Notes: generated by a model from the letters alone, not told the origin. Numbered from the stretch's first letter, positions 21,524-30,770 are shown. The stretch is DNA of 64,000 nt from an uncultured Candidatus Saccharibacteria bacterium (GCA_964477125.1 CAYZCZ010000001.1:43790-107789); one strand, 5' to 3'. Translations and numbers: made by a program.

Positions 21524-21739
21524 TTACTTGGTTGTGAACACAATAAGTAGAACAAATACCATAATGGCGTCTACTAAGCCGGCCATAACAAGAGCCATAG
21601 TTAAGATTTTACTTTGGGCTTCTGGGTTACGACCTACAGAATTTACTGCAGCTGCTCCAATTAAACCCAAGCCTATAGCAGGCCCTACGGCGCCAATGGC
21701 AATTGTTATTCCTTTTACTAGTTCTGGTGTTATTTCCAT
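21524..21739 (-). CDS. atpE: ATP synthase Fo subunit c
   Basis: GxGxG helix, GRNPEA loop, ion-binding Asp in AGLVDAI. Confidence 0.95.
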   Translation of the reverse strand: MEITPELVKGITIAIGAVGPAIGLGLIGAAAVNSVGRNPEAQSKILTMALVMAGLVDAIMVFVLLIVFTTK

Positions 21740-21761
21740 AATTTCTCCTTAACTTACTTGA

Positions 21762-22616
21762 TTAGGCTTTGGCACCTGCGGTGCTTTTAGCAATTTTATT
21801 AACTTTATTCTTACTATGGTCTTCCTTGTCGTGATTTTCATCATGCGCAGTACCCATAGCCAAATAAACGGACGATAACATAATAAACAAATATGCCTGA
21901 ATAAGCGAAAAGAATATTTCAAGCAATATTATAGGAATAGTCATAACAGGGGCCAAATTACCTGCAAGGCTGGTAATAACGTGTAGTAAGACCTCACCAG
22001 CATATATAACACCAAATAACCTTAAGGCCAAGGTAAGTAAGCGCACAAGCTCACTAAGTATTTCGATAAACCCTATAAAGAAGTTCATTGGGTTCCACCA
22101 TGGGGTCATAATACTAAAGTAATGTTTAATGTGCCCAAAAAATCCACGTTCTTTGATTGCAAAATACTGAACAGTCGCAATAGCAATAAATGCTAGTGCT
22201 AGCGTGCCATTAAGGTCAGTAGTGAATGGCCGTAGTAAGGCTGCCTTAATCCCTTCAGACGTTTCCACGTATATAGATCCGCCCATTCCGGGCAAAAGAC
22301 CACCTAGATTATTAATGAGTATAAAGGTAAAAAATGCTAAAAATAAGCCTAAAAACTTACGAGCCTTTTTTTCATCACCCATAAAGTTATTTTTTATTTC
22401 ACCCATTATAAAAATAGCTAGTATTTCAGTTGTAAACGCAAATTTAGAATTCGGCCTAGCCTTTATAAACAAGGCCATTGCACCAAAAATAACCATAATT
22501 ATAAGTGCAGTTAAGACACCCATTATCATTGAGTTGGTAATGGGGAAGTTGCCTATAGTAAAAATGGTTTCAGCACTTAAAGGTACAGTATCTCCACTTG
22601 CAAAAAAAGGTAACAT
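21762..22616 (-). CDS. atpB: ATP synthase Fo subunit a
   Basis: PITNS, N..GLLPG, TTDLN.TLALA, LALRLFG with the essential Arg, IQAY.F. Confidence 0.96.
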   Translation of the reverse strand: MLPFFASGDTVPLSAETIFTIGNFPITNSMIMGVLTALIIMVIFGAMALFIKARPNSKFAFTTEILAIFIMGEIKNNFMGDEKKARKFLGLFLAFFTFILINNLGGLLPGMGGSIYVETSEGIKAALLRPFTTDLNGTLALAFIAIATVQYFAIKERGFFGHIKHYFSIMTPWWNPMNFFIGFIEILSELVRLLTLALRLFGVIYAGEVLLHVITSLAGNLAPVMTIPIILLEIFFSLIQAYLFIMLSSVYLAMGTAHDENHDKEDHSKNKVNKIAKSTAGAKA

Positions 22617-22873
22617 TAATTAACCTCTTTCAGGCACACAAAATCAATAAGTGAAGCATTTAAACTTTTTTTCATTCTATTTAACGTTAGTCTAACAGAT
22701 AATAGACTGTGTTTCAATAAAAAAATAACTGGTTTTTACTTTTTTAGGTATTCAATATAAAAAACACCCAATATCACATGCTATTCACTGACTTGTCTAA
22801 CAACCCATTTTAATAGTATGAATTGAATCTTGATATTTACTACTAATATGTATTATCTAACCGTTGATGCCAT

Positions 22874-23260
22874 TTAAATTATTTTATGTTCAAGTTCGGC
22901 AATTCTTTTATGATTAAGACCATAGTAGTGGGCAACTTCATGCCAAACAGTGTTATAAAGTTGGATTTTTAAACTTTTCAAGTTATCTGTATTCTGTACG
23001 TGAGCTAGCCTAAAAATAGTTATTTTATCTGGTAATGTTAGGGCATAGCCTCCGTGTCTTTCTGTTAGGGGGACTCCTTCGTACAATCCGTATAAACTTT
23101 CGCATGGCCTTAGGTTCAGTTTTTCCCTTTGCTCTTGGCTAGGTTCATCTTCGACAAAAAAAGCAATATTATTTAGATTCTCCTGGTACAAGGTTGGTAT
23201 TTTACTAATAGACTCTGTAACAAGTTTTTCGAAGTCGGATTCAGAAATACTAAAAGCCAT
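22874..23260 (-). CDS. Zincin-like metallopeptidase (Zincin_1 family)
   Basis: LYGLYEGVPL, PDKITIF, HEVAHYYG. Confidence 0.9.
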   Translation of the reverse strand: MAFSISESDFEKLVTESISKIPTLYQENLNNIAFFVEDEPSQEQREKLNLRPCESLYGLYEGVPLTERHGGYALTLPDKITIFRLAHVQNTDNLKSLKIQLYNTVWHEVAHYYGLNHKRIAELEHKII

Positions 23261-24732
23261 TACTGTAATGCCGATGTTAACCTGGCTAAATTATCAACAA
23301 CTTTTTGTCTATACGGTCGATTCACCCAATCTTTAAGATGCAACTTTTTACTTGAAGAGCGATAACTTGCTTCTACAGCATGCATCCTATTGGCAAAATC
23401 TTCACTATGGAACATAGCTGTTACCTCCATATTTAAACCAAAGGATCGGATATCCATGTTACTCGAACCAATTATCGAAACTTTATTATCTATAGTCATG
23501 TGCTTAGCATGTAGCACGGCAGGGCTTTTATATAGGAATATTTTGACTCCCGCCCTTAGTAAAGTTTCATAATAAGACCTTTGAGCATGATAAACCATAA
23601 ATTGATCACCAATTTCTGAAACAAATAATTCAACGTTAATGCCTCTTTCTGACGCTGTAGTTAATGCCATAAGCATAGATTCTTCAGGAACGAAATAGGG
23701 GCTCGAAATTATAATATCTTTTTGCGCATTGTACATTAGCGAATTAAACAATTTTAAATTATTTTCCGAATCAAAACCTGGTCCACTTGGAATAATCTGG
23801 CAATCTACATCTCCGTAGTCTTTAACCTTAGATAAAATCTGCTTGTTATGCCTAATTATATTTTCATTGGTTTCAGCATACCAGTCCGAAGCAAAAAGGC
23901 CATTAAGTTCCGTAGCTACTAAGCCCTCTACTCGGACCATTAGCTCCTTCCAATAAACGCCTTTTTTAATGTTCTTCTTTTTGTTATAACTTTTATCTAT
24001 TATATTCTGTGAGCCGGTATATCCAACGGTTCCATCGCATACTAATATTTTTCGGTGGTTTCTTAAATCTGGTCTTTGAAATTTTCCCTTAAGTGGCTGG
24101 ACAGGCAACATTAAATGCCAGTCAATACCAGCTTCGTTTAAAAATTTTACAGTTTTTTTATAATCAGGATATTGCAAAGAACCAACATGGTCGAATAATA
24201 CCCGAACTTTGACACCTTTTTTATGAACTGTTACAAGTGCATCAAAAAAATCTTTAGTAGTTTTATCTAAAGACATTATATAGAAACTAACATTAACGAA
24301 ATCTTTAGCTTTTAGAATATCTTTAGTCATAGCTTTAATAGAATTCTCGTAACCTTCAACTAAATCAGCTCTATTGCCACCTACTAAAGGTAATGCTCCA
24401 AGATTAGCGTTTAATTTTGCAACTAATAGTAGCCAATTAGGTGCTGGAATCTCATCGTTAATTGTTATAGCATTGTCGGTTAGTTTACGTATTTCACTAG
24501 TGATGTAAGCTTGTTTTTTACGCCTTTTCTTGGGAAGTTTTGGACTACCAATTAACCAAAAAGCTATTACACCCAAAACTGGAATAAAGAATATTGCCAA
24601 CAACCAGGCCGCCGCCGATGAGGGGCGACGATTATTCGGAATAATTAGTAAAGCCGCAATTCTAAGGCCAATATCTAATGCTATTAAAAATATGGCAATC
24701 GAACCAGAAATATCAGTATAAAATAAATTCAT
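23260..24732 (-). CDS. cls: Cardiolipin synthase (ClsA-type PLD)
   Basis: N-terminal PLDc_N TMs (RRPSSAAAWLL..P..G), two HKD motifs (NHRKILVCDG, HAKHMTID), GSSNMD.RS. Confidence 0.95.
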   Translation of the reverse strand: MNLFYTDISGSIAIFLIALDIGLRIAALLIIPNNRRPSSAAAWLLAIFFIPVLGVIAFWLIGSPKLPKKRRKKQAYITSEIRKLTDNAITINDEIPAPNWLLLVAKLNANLGALPLVGGNRADLVEGYENSIKAMTKDILKAKDFVNVSFYIMSLDKTTKDFFDALVTVHKKGVKVRVLFDHVGSLQYPDYKKTVKFLNEAGIDWHLMLPVQPLKGKFQRPDLRNHRKILVCDGTVGYTGSQNIIDKSYNKKKNIKKGVYWKELMVRVEGLVATELNGLFASDWYAETNENIIRHNKQILSKVKDYGDVDCQIIPSGPGFDSENNLKLFNSLMYNAQKDIIISSPYFVPEESMLMALTTASERGINVELFVSEIGDQFMVYHAQRSYYETLLRAGVKIFLYKSPAVLHAKHMTIDNKVSIIGSSNMDIRSFGLNMEVTAMFHSEDFANRMHAVEASYRSSSKKLHLKDWVNRPYRQKVVDNLARLTSALQ

Positions 24733-24807
24733 TCAATGTTTAGTATATCTTATTCATCCTTAAGATGTGTTTGTTTAAGAACATGTTTTTTTATGTACTT
24801 TCATATC

Positions 24808-25482
24808 CTAACCGTAACTGTTATATGCTTTTAGAAGCAGTATAGAAAAAATATAAGTAGCAATGATGAATAGCCAAACATAGTGTCTATATACGTATTT
24901 ATGTAGCTTTGGGTATAGTGCAAGTAACAAGCCGTACGCAAATAAGTAGCGCACTATCCTAACTGTGACGGCGACTATTAAAAAGGCAAGTAGGTTGTAT
25001 TTATATTGCCAGGCTAGGTGGGTAAAAGTTTTATAAGGCACACCCGAGAATGGCTGGTTTGCTAAACCCATTATTCCCATTTTGTCGTACCAAATTTTTG
25101 TTTGCGTAATCATTTTTTCTTGTATATAGGGCAAGTTATCAATGTATTTTTCTGGCAATCTAATCATTATGGCAATAATTGTTCCAGCTACCGTTCCTGC
25201 AATATCGTACATAAGCATTTGGCGTTTTTTGTGGACCCTCATAAAAATAACCAAAACAAGTAAAAACTCCGGAATAACATACCAAACCAGTGCCTCGCCG
25301 GCAGCCCAAGCAAAAACCAACCAGTTAGCTTGCTTGCTAGAGAAAAAGTTTTCTAAATAATGATTAAAGCCTAAAACTTTTAGAGAATCTTTATGGCGCC
25401 ACCAATACCAAGCAAAAAAGGGTACGATAAACAAAACAATGGAGACGAAAACAAATAAGAAATTTACCAAATATATAAGCAT
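24808..25482 (-). CDS. YqaA/DedA (VTT)-like membrane protein
   Basis: WA..EA..W..IPE, GTVAG, PYK.F, R..RY motifs typical of YqaA/DedA. Confidence 0.7.
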   Translation of the reverse strand: MLIYLVNFLFVFVSIVLFIVPFFAWYWWRHKDSLKVLGFNHYLENFFSSKQANWLVFAWAAGEALVWYVIPEFLLVLVIFMRVHKKRQMLMYDIAGTVAGTIIAIMIRLPEKYIDNLPYIQEKMITQTKIWYDKMGIMGLANQPFSGVPYKTFTHLAWQYKYNLLAFLIVAVTVRIVRYLFAYGLLLALYPKLHKYVYRHYVWLFIIATYIFSILLLKAYNSYG

Positions 25483-26360
25483 AGAAGAATCCCAAAGCTA
25501 TATATCAAGTCCAATTTAATTATTTTGTGAAACAGCTTGTTATTAAACTTATTTTGCCAACCACTTTTTAGGCTAAAGTGCACAAAAACTATGTATAAAC
25601 TAAAAAGGGATAGAGTACATAGCACCAACATACTAGCCATATTTTTACTAATGATACCGTATATTCCAGCTCCTATTAACAAATAGCCAAATATAGAAAC
25701 AATAATACTTACAAACCTAGTTATGCGTGGCCCAAAAGCAATTAAAAATGTTTTTTTATTATGTTCTTTATCTCCCTTAACATCTTTATAGTCTTTGAGC
25801 ATTGAAATCGCAAACCTCTGTAAAAATGTTCCTACTAGAATGGATACAAGTATTAAATAAGAATATGACGAACCGATACTACCTAAATAATATCCCAGAA
25901 GGAGCGGCAGAGTAGCCATGCAAAAAGTGAGTGAAATAATAGATAAATTTGGTTTTCTTGAAAGCCTTAGTGGCTTGCTGTTATAAGCATAAGCAAATAA
26001 TAAAGATAAAATTGCAAAAATACTTACTATTTCAAATTGTCCAGAAAGAAAAGCGCTAAATAATGTACCTAAAATCAACAACCAGCAGAATTGTTTGACA
26101 GTCTTTTTTTCAACTGCGTCCTTGCCATGCAAGCCATAATCACGGCCATTTGCTTTATCTATAGAGTAATCTTCAAGGTCATTATGTAATGTAGCAAACA
26201 TACTTAAGAATAAAACGGTTAAAAAAGAATAATAGTAGGTTCTGTCATTTAAAACTTCAATATAGGGATTCCCAATAAATGAACCAAAAAAAAATGCCGT
26301 TACTGGCATCAAGGCATTTTGTGGCCTAGACATTTTGATTAAATTTTGGAATGTCTCCAT
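25464..26360 (-). CDS. UbiA-superfamily prenyltransferase
   Basis: RPxN N-terminal motif; Asp-rich motifs NDLEDYSID and KDYKDVKGD..KT; about 8 TMs. Confidence 0.9.
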   Translation of the reverse strand: METFQNLIKMSRPQNALMPVTAFFFGSFIGNPYIEVLNDRTYYYSFLTVLFLSMFATLHNDLEDYSIDKANGRDYGLHGKDAVEKKTVKQFCWLLILGTLFSAFLSGQFEIVSIFAILSLLFAYAYNSKPLRLSRKPNLSIISLTFCMATLPLLLGYYLGSIGSSYSYLILVSILVGTFLQRFAISMLKDYKDVKGDKEHNKKTFLIAFGPRITRFVSIIVSIFGYLLIGAGIYGIISKNMASMLVLCTLSLFSLYIVFVHFSLKSGWQNKFNNKLFHKIIKLDLIYSFGILLCLYIW

Positions 26361-26824
26361 TAACTATTTAATTCCCATAACCCCATAAACAAAGTGACAA
26401 TCCAAAAAGCCCCAATAGCCGTATAGCCCAATATTGGCATAACAATGATTAAAACAATTATCGAACCTAGTATTGCTCTATTTTTATTTGGCTTTTGGCT
26501 TTTTACATTTCTTACAACCTGTTTTATCAAAGAGTAACCTACAGAGGCTATGCCAATGATAAAGAAAAAGGCAACACCAATCATACTAGTTTTTTTATTA
26601 CCTACAATATAGCCAAAGATTACAACGACTGCAGCGAAAAATAAAAATAATTGAAATAGTCTCGATCGCATACCTGAGTCTAAGGTATCAAAAGGGTTCG
26701 GCTCACGAGGAGTAACATTTCCTTGGGCCAAAATAATATCTTTTTGTACTTTATCAATATTATTTTCTATAGATATATGATCAACATCATTATTTATTAT
26801 TGGACTTTTTTTATCTTCATTCAT
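26360..26824 (-). CDS. Hypothetical membrane protein (paralogue 3 of 3)
   Basis: Polar N-terminus, TM hairpin (IIGIASV), Lys-rich loop, long Pro-kinked hydrophobic segment; stop overlaps the UbiA start. Confidence 0.75.
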   Translation of the reverse strand: MNEDKKSPIINNDVDHISIENNIDKVQKDIILAQGNVTPREPNPFDTLDSGMRSRLFQLFLFFAAVVVIFGYIVGNKKTSMIGVAFFFIIGIASVGYSLIKQVVRNVKSQKPNKNRAILGSIIVLIIVMPILGYTAIGAFWIVTLFMGLWELNS

Positions 26825-26858
26825 ACTAATATCCTATTAAATTTAATATTTATATAAC

Positions 26859-27311
26859 CTATGAGTTTGGCCCACCCGAAACAACCATTACAAACATAAG
26901 TACCACAACAAGGGAACCAATCGCAATTATCGGTCCGAATACAACTATCAGAAAAACCGAACCTAAGATTTTAATTAATTTTCCTAGTCCTTTATTTTCT
27001 ATGGGCTCAAAATCTAGTGATTTTTTTGGCTTGTGTAGAAAACTACCTACTAATGTTGAGGTCCCTAGTATAGTAACCGCAATTATTCCAATAACAGCAA
27101 TAGGAAAAACTTGAAAAATAAATGATAATACAGTGATGCATCCTAAGGCTAATAGAGCTGTTTCATTAGTTGAGCTTTTTACCTGTATATTGCTATTAAT
27201 TATCTGTATATTGCCTTGATATGCTTTTGACTCACCCTTATCAACATCAAAGATAGTAACTTGCTTTTGGCTATTGTTAAATGGTTGTCGGGCTCCATTA
27301 TCTTGCTGCAT
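26859..27311 (-). CDS. Hypothetical membrane protein (paralogue 2 of 3)
   Basis: Start re-called at ATG 27311 (MQQDNG); LLALGCITVLSFIF and ILGTSTL match its neighbours. Confidence 0.75.
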   Translation of the reverse strand: MQQDNGARQPFNNSQKQVTIFDVDKGESKAYQGNIQIINSNIQVKSSTNETALLALGCITVLSFIFQVFPIAVIGIIAVTILGTSTLVGSFLHKPKKSLDFEPIENKGLGKLIKILGSVFLIVVFGPIIAIGSLVVVLMFVMVVSGGPNS

Positions 27312-27315
27312 AAAT

Positions 27316-27729
27316 TTATGACCCTTCGGGGTTAGATGCAGACCTACCCTCACAAGCATGACCACATCTTATTAATGCAATAACAATAATAGCAACTACT
27401 AAAGGAGGTATTATGGCCACAAATAACCCTATCGCCACGAATACGACCTTTAACAATCTTGATTTGCGATCATCTGTTGAATTACTTACAGCGGGTCGAA
27501 TTATCGCATTTGCAAGGCTGGCTACACCAAGAATAAATAAAATTGGAATTGAAATCATTAGAATTTGAGGCGATGGAATAATAAACCCAACGACAGTGAT
27601 TATTCCTAAAAACAATAGTACGTAGTTAACGTATTGTTGGTACTTATTTTTTTTAGGTAAATCAGAGTTAATGCTATCTACATTATTATCAAAAGCTGTT
27701 CTCTCGGTACTAAGATTATCGTTTTCCAT
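27316..27729 (-). CDS. Hypothetical membrane protein (paralogue 1 of 3)
   Basis: LLFLGIITVVGFII, ILGVASL, Pro-kinked C-terminal hydrophobic segment, CxxxC tail. Confidence 0.75.
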   Translation of the reverse strand: MENDNLSTERTAFDNNVDSINSDLPKKNKYQQYVNYVLLFLGIITVVGFIIPSPQILMISIPILFILGVASLANAIIRPAVSNSTDDRKSRLLKVVFVAIGLFVAIIPPLVVAIIVIALIRCGHACEGRSASNPEGS

Positions 27730-28387
27730 GCTTCTTTATGCCTTTGCTGTATAAGTACACTATTGCTAGCATGGTTAGATATCCTATAACTACCAAAGTG
27801 AAAGAAAAAGAAATTGTTAAAGGTTTTTTTGCAATGATAAAACCACAAAAACCAATAAAAGCTATCAAATTAGCAAAATACCAACTAGGCCATAAGGGTT
27901 TTAGTTCTTTTTTTTCATGTATTAAAGCTTTGCCAAGTTTAAAATTAGCCAGTAACCATACACCCAAAAAAACCAAAGCCAAACCCACAGATATTATCCT
28001 GGGTGTATTAAATATTAAGATTCCGCTTTGCATGTATGGTTCTGGTTTTATGCCGAATAACCGTACAACTATAAAAACTGCACCTACTAAGACGGTACTA
28101 TATTCAACTATTTTCCAATTTTTTGCCGGAACAAATGATTCTAATAGCAAAATAGTTGCCACCACAAGCATTAAATCGCCAAATATAACCGCCGGTACAA
28201 GTGCGTCTATGGTTCCGCTAATAGATGCAAAGGCCCAAGCTGTACAAGCACCTACCATTAGAACATAAGCATATGCCAATGGTTTGGTTTTAAATCTAAT
28301 TTTTTTATTTAATTTGATCTTGTCAGTAACAACTGCAAACAAGCCAAAAGTTATGGCTAAAGATATAAACCCTACTGCTCCCCACAT
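27716..28387 (-). CDS. Hypothetical ~7-TM membrane protein
   Basis: AAGGA SD; about seven hydrophobic segments; first gene of the leftward operon. Confidence 0.75.
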   Translation of the reverse strand: MWGAVGFISLAITFGLFAVVTDKIKLNKKIRFKTKPLAYAYVLMVGACTAWAFASISGTIDALVPAVIFGDLMLVVATILLLESFVPAKNWKIVEYSTVLVGAVFIVVRLFGIKPEPYMQSGILIFNTPRIISVGLALVFLGVWLLANFKLGKALIHEKKELKPLWPSWYFANLIAFIGFCGFIIAKKPLTISFSFTLVVIGYLTMLAIVYLYSKGIKKHGKR

Positions 28388-28440
28388 ATTTTTTCCTTTT
28401 GATTAGGCTAATGCTAATAGTGTAATATTAAATATATCAA

Positions 28441-29007
28441 ATGCAAACAATAATTTTAGTAGTTTTCGCTTATCTATGTGGTTCAATTCCTTTTGGTAAA
28501 ATCTTTGGTTTACTAAAAGGAATAGATATACAAAAAAGAGGAAGCGGTAATATTGGCTTTGCCAATGCAGTGCGCGTTCTTGGATGGCCACTAGGTGTTG
28601 CTGTTTTAGTTGGCGATGTGCTAAAAGGTTTTATACCAGTTTATATTGCAAACAATATTTTAGGAATTAGTGGAAATCAAATACTTTTGATAGGCCTAGC
28701 ACCAATAATTGGTCATGCCTTTCCAATATGGCTTAAATTCAGGGGAGGTAAGTCAATAGCAACAGGTCTTGGGGTTACCGCTGTGATTAGCCCTGTTTTG
28801 GCAGTTTGTGGGATTCTAACATATTTAATAGCGTTTTCCGTGATAAAAAAGTCTGCTCCTTCATCATTAATTGGTACCTGGCTACTACCAATTTATGCAG
28901 TATTCATTAACCCACAGCTGGTTAATTATTTTGTTATATTGGCATTATTTGCTACATATACCCACAGATCCAATATTAAGCAGTTTACTAATGCCAAATT
29001 TAACTAA
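28441..29007 (+). CDS. plsY: Glycerol-3-phosphate acyltransferase PlsY (variant motifs)
   Basis: AYLCGSIPFG, GSGNIG..N..R, D.LKG, GHAFP..L.F.GGK, H..NI. Confidence 0.92.
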   Translation: MQTIILVVFAYLCGSIPFGKIFGLLKGIDIQKRGSGNIGFANAVRVLGWPLGVAVLVGDVLKGFIPVYIANNILGISGNQILLIGLAPIIGHAFPIWLKFRGGKSIATGLGVTAVISPVLAVCGILTYLIAFSVIKKSAPSSLIGTWLLPIYAVFINPQLVNYFVILALFATYTHRSNIKQFTNAKFN

Positions 29008-29698
29008 CTTATTAATTATATTCACAGTTATATTTGTTGTTGGATATTTTTTGTCATATTATCTGTACAAAATAAACAATAAACAATTCAAAAAATCAGC
29101 TTTGCAAATAAAAATACTACTTTGGATTCCTATTTTTGCAGTGTTTTTAGTATTTATTTATGGGAATATAGCAATTAAATATATAGTTATTACATTTATT
29201 CTAATAAATGTAATAGTAGAAGTACTAAATAACTATCAAAAATCTAAACAAAAATCTGTAGTTGTAGCATACGGATTATTAATAAGCCTATGTATTCTAA
29301 CCATATTACCCATTAGCGTAAATAGCAATGTACTAGTAATAGCCCTTTGTTTTAGCTCCGTTATGTCTGATGTATTCGCATTTTTCTTTGGCAATTTTTT
29401 TGGCAGACATAAATTACCACCATTTATTAACAATAAGAAGAACTGGGAAGGGGTAATCGGCCAAATTGTTGGCGCATTTATTGGAATAGTGCTAATAAAT
29501 TCTTTTGTAGGACATATCAACTTACTAATATTTATTCCAATTGCCCTTGGCTCTGCTTTAGGGGATCTTATTAACAGCACAGTTAAAAGAAAAGAAAACA
29601 TAAAAGATTGGTCTAGCTCTTTGCCGGGTCACGGTGGGTATTTAGATAGATTTAGCAGTCTTGGCATTGCATGCCTATTAGTTTTCTTAACACTCTAA
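28991..29698 (+). CDS. cdsA: Phosphatidate cytidylyltransferase (CdsA/CTP_transf_1), variant active site
   Basis: SDVFAFFFG..FG.HKL...KK.WEG, GDL..S..KR...IKD.....PGHGG.LDRF; start re-called at ATG 28991, overlapping plsY. Confidence 0.88.
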   Translation: MPNLTNLLIIFTVIFVVGYFLSYYLYKINNKQFKKSALQIKILLWIPIFAVFLVFIYGNIAIKYIVITFILINVIVEVLNNYQKSKQKSVVVAYGLLISLCILTILPISVNSNVLVIALCFSSVMSDVFAFFFGNFFGRHKLPPFINNKKNWEGVIGQIVGAFIGIVLINSFVGHINLLIFIPIALGSALGDLINSTVKRKENIKDWSSSLPGHGGYLDRFSSLGIACLLVFLTL

Positions 29699-30120
29699 TT
29701 ATTAATTAATATGTACGGCTTCTTAATAAAAAGAAAAGATTTTATATGCTTACCTGAAGCTTTAATAATATGAGTGTGTTGGTGGGCTGGCACCGTTTTA
29801 GTAGTATTGTTAATTCCGCGTGCGAAAACATCGTAGCCGTTACTTTCGTATTTAGACATTAAACCAAATATTTCATTTTTTTCTACAGAATCCAAATCGT
29901 TGAACGTACCAACGTGCCGTTTCGGAACAATCATTAGATGATCTATTACAATTTGCTGATCCCAATAACTATATGGGAAGTCATTTTTAATCACATAACA
30001 ACTTTCAAGTTTTTCAACTATTTCTCGTTTATTCATATCTTCACAAAAAGGGCAGTGGTTGTTATCTACGGTTTGTAAAAATTTTTTATAATTATTTCTA
30101 GATTGTCTATTTCTGTACAT
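29695..30120 (-). CDS. HIT-family nucleotide hydrolase
   Basis: CPFC, N.FPY, HLMIVPKRH, HQHTH triad. Confidence 0.85.
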   Translation of the reverse strand: MYRNRQSRNNYKKFLQTVDNNHCPFCEDMNKREIVEKLESCYVIKNDFPYSYWDQQIVIDHLMIVPKRHVGTFNDLDSVEKNEIFGLMSKYESNGYDVFARGINNTTKTVPAHQHTHIIKASGKHIKSFLFIKKPYILINN

Positions 30121-30182
30121 CCAACACTAGTATAAATGAACCAAAGTTTATTGCAAAATTGCATTAGGTATATAATACAATT

Positions 30183-30767
30183 ATGAAAAATAAGCATAAC
30201 TTTAACAGAAAATATACTTGGGCAATTCTTTTATTAAGTTCAGTAATTGGGCTTATAGCCTCTTTCGTACAAGCAATAGAAAGGATAGACTACGCTAAAA
30301 ATCCCAAGCTTCCATTAAGCTGTGATGTAAATTCAGTATTTAGCTGTAGTAATGTTTTTGATGCTTGGCAATCTTCGGTCTTTGGTTTTTCTAACAGCCT
30401 AATGTGCATAGTCTTTTTCACCCTTATATTAGGAGTAGCCTTGGCCGGTATTACTGGGAGTTTAATAAAAACCAAACTTAAGTATTTAATGCAGTTTTTT
30501 TCTATATTTTTCTTGGGTTTTGGAGCCTGGTATTTACACCAAAGCGCATTTGTTATTGATAGCCTCTGTATTTTTTGTATATTCTGCTACAGTGCAGTTA
30601 TTGCAATTAACTGGGCTTGGCTGAGGTTAAACGTGGCTGACTATAAACTGTCTCAAAACAGTAGAAATAAAGTTAATAAAGCTCTTAGTAGCGGTATTGA
30701 TACATTTTTATGGGTACTATGGGCAATCATTATTGCCAGTATGTTATACGTAGGAATTAAATACTAA
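30183..30767 (+). CDS. Vitamin K epoxide reductase (VKOR)-family protein
   Basis: C-x7-C loop (CDVNSVFSC), FGFSN, CIFC redox motif, about 5 TMs. Confidence 0.92.
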   Translation: MKNKHNFNRKYTWAILLLSSVIGLIASFVQAIERIDYAKNPKLPLSCDVNSVFSCSNVFDAWQSSVFGFSNSLMCIVFFTLILGVALAGITGSLIKTKLKYLMQFFSIFFLGFGAWYLHQSAFVIDSLCIFCIFCYSAVIAINWAWLRLNVADYKLSQNSRNKVNKALSSGIDTFLWVLWAIIIASMLYVGIKY

Positions 30768-30770
30768 GTT

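Noticed and set aside
27738-28268. 176-aa plus-strand ORF and other antisense ORFs in the track (e.g. 47320-47889, 61265-61756, 22204-22623)
   Set aside because: They lie opposite well-supported genes, lack motifs and SDs, and are typical shadow ORFs.
28871-28990. N-terminal extension of CdsA in the ORF track
   Set aside because: It overlaps plsY by more than 130 bp; ATG 28991 gives a normal short overlap.
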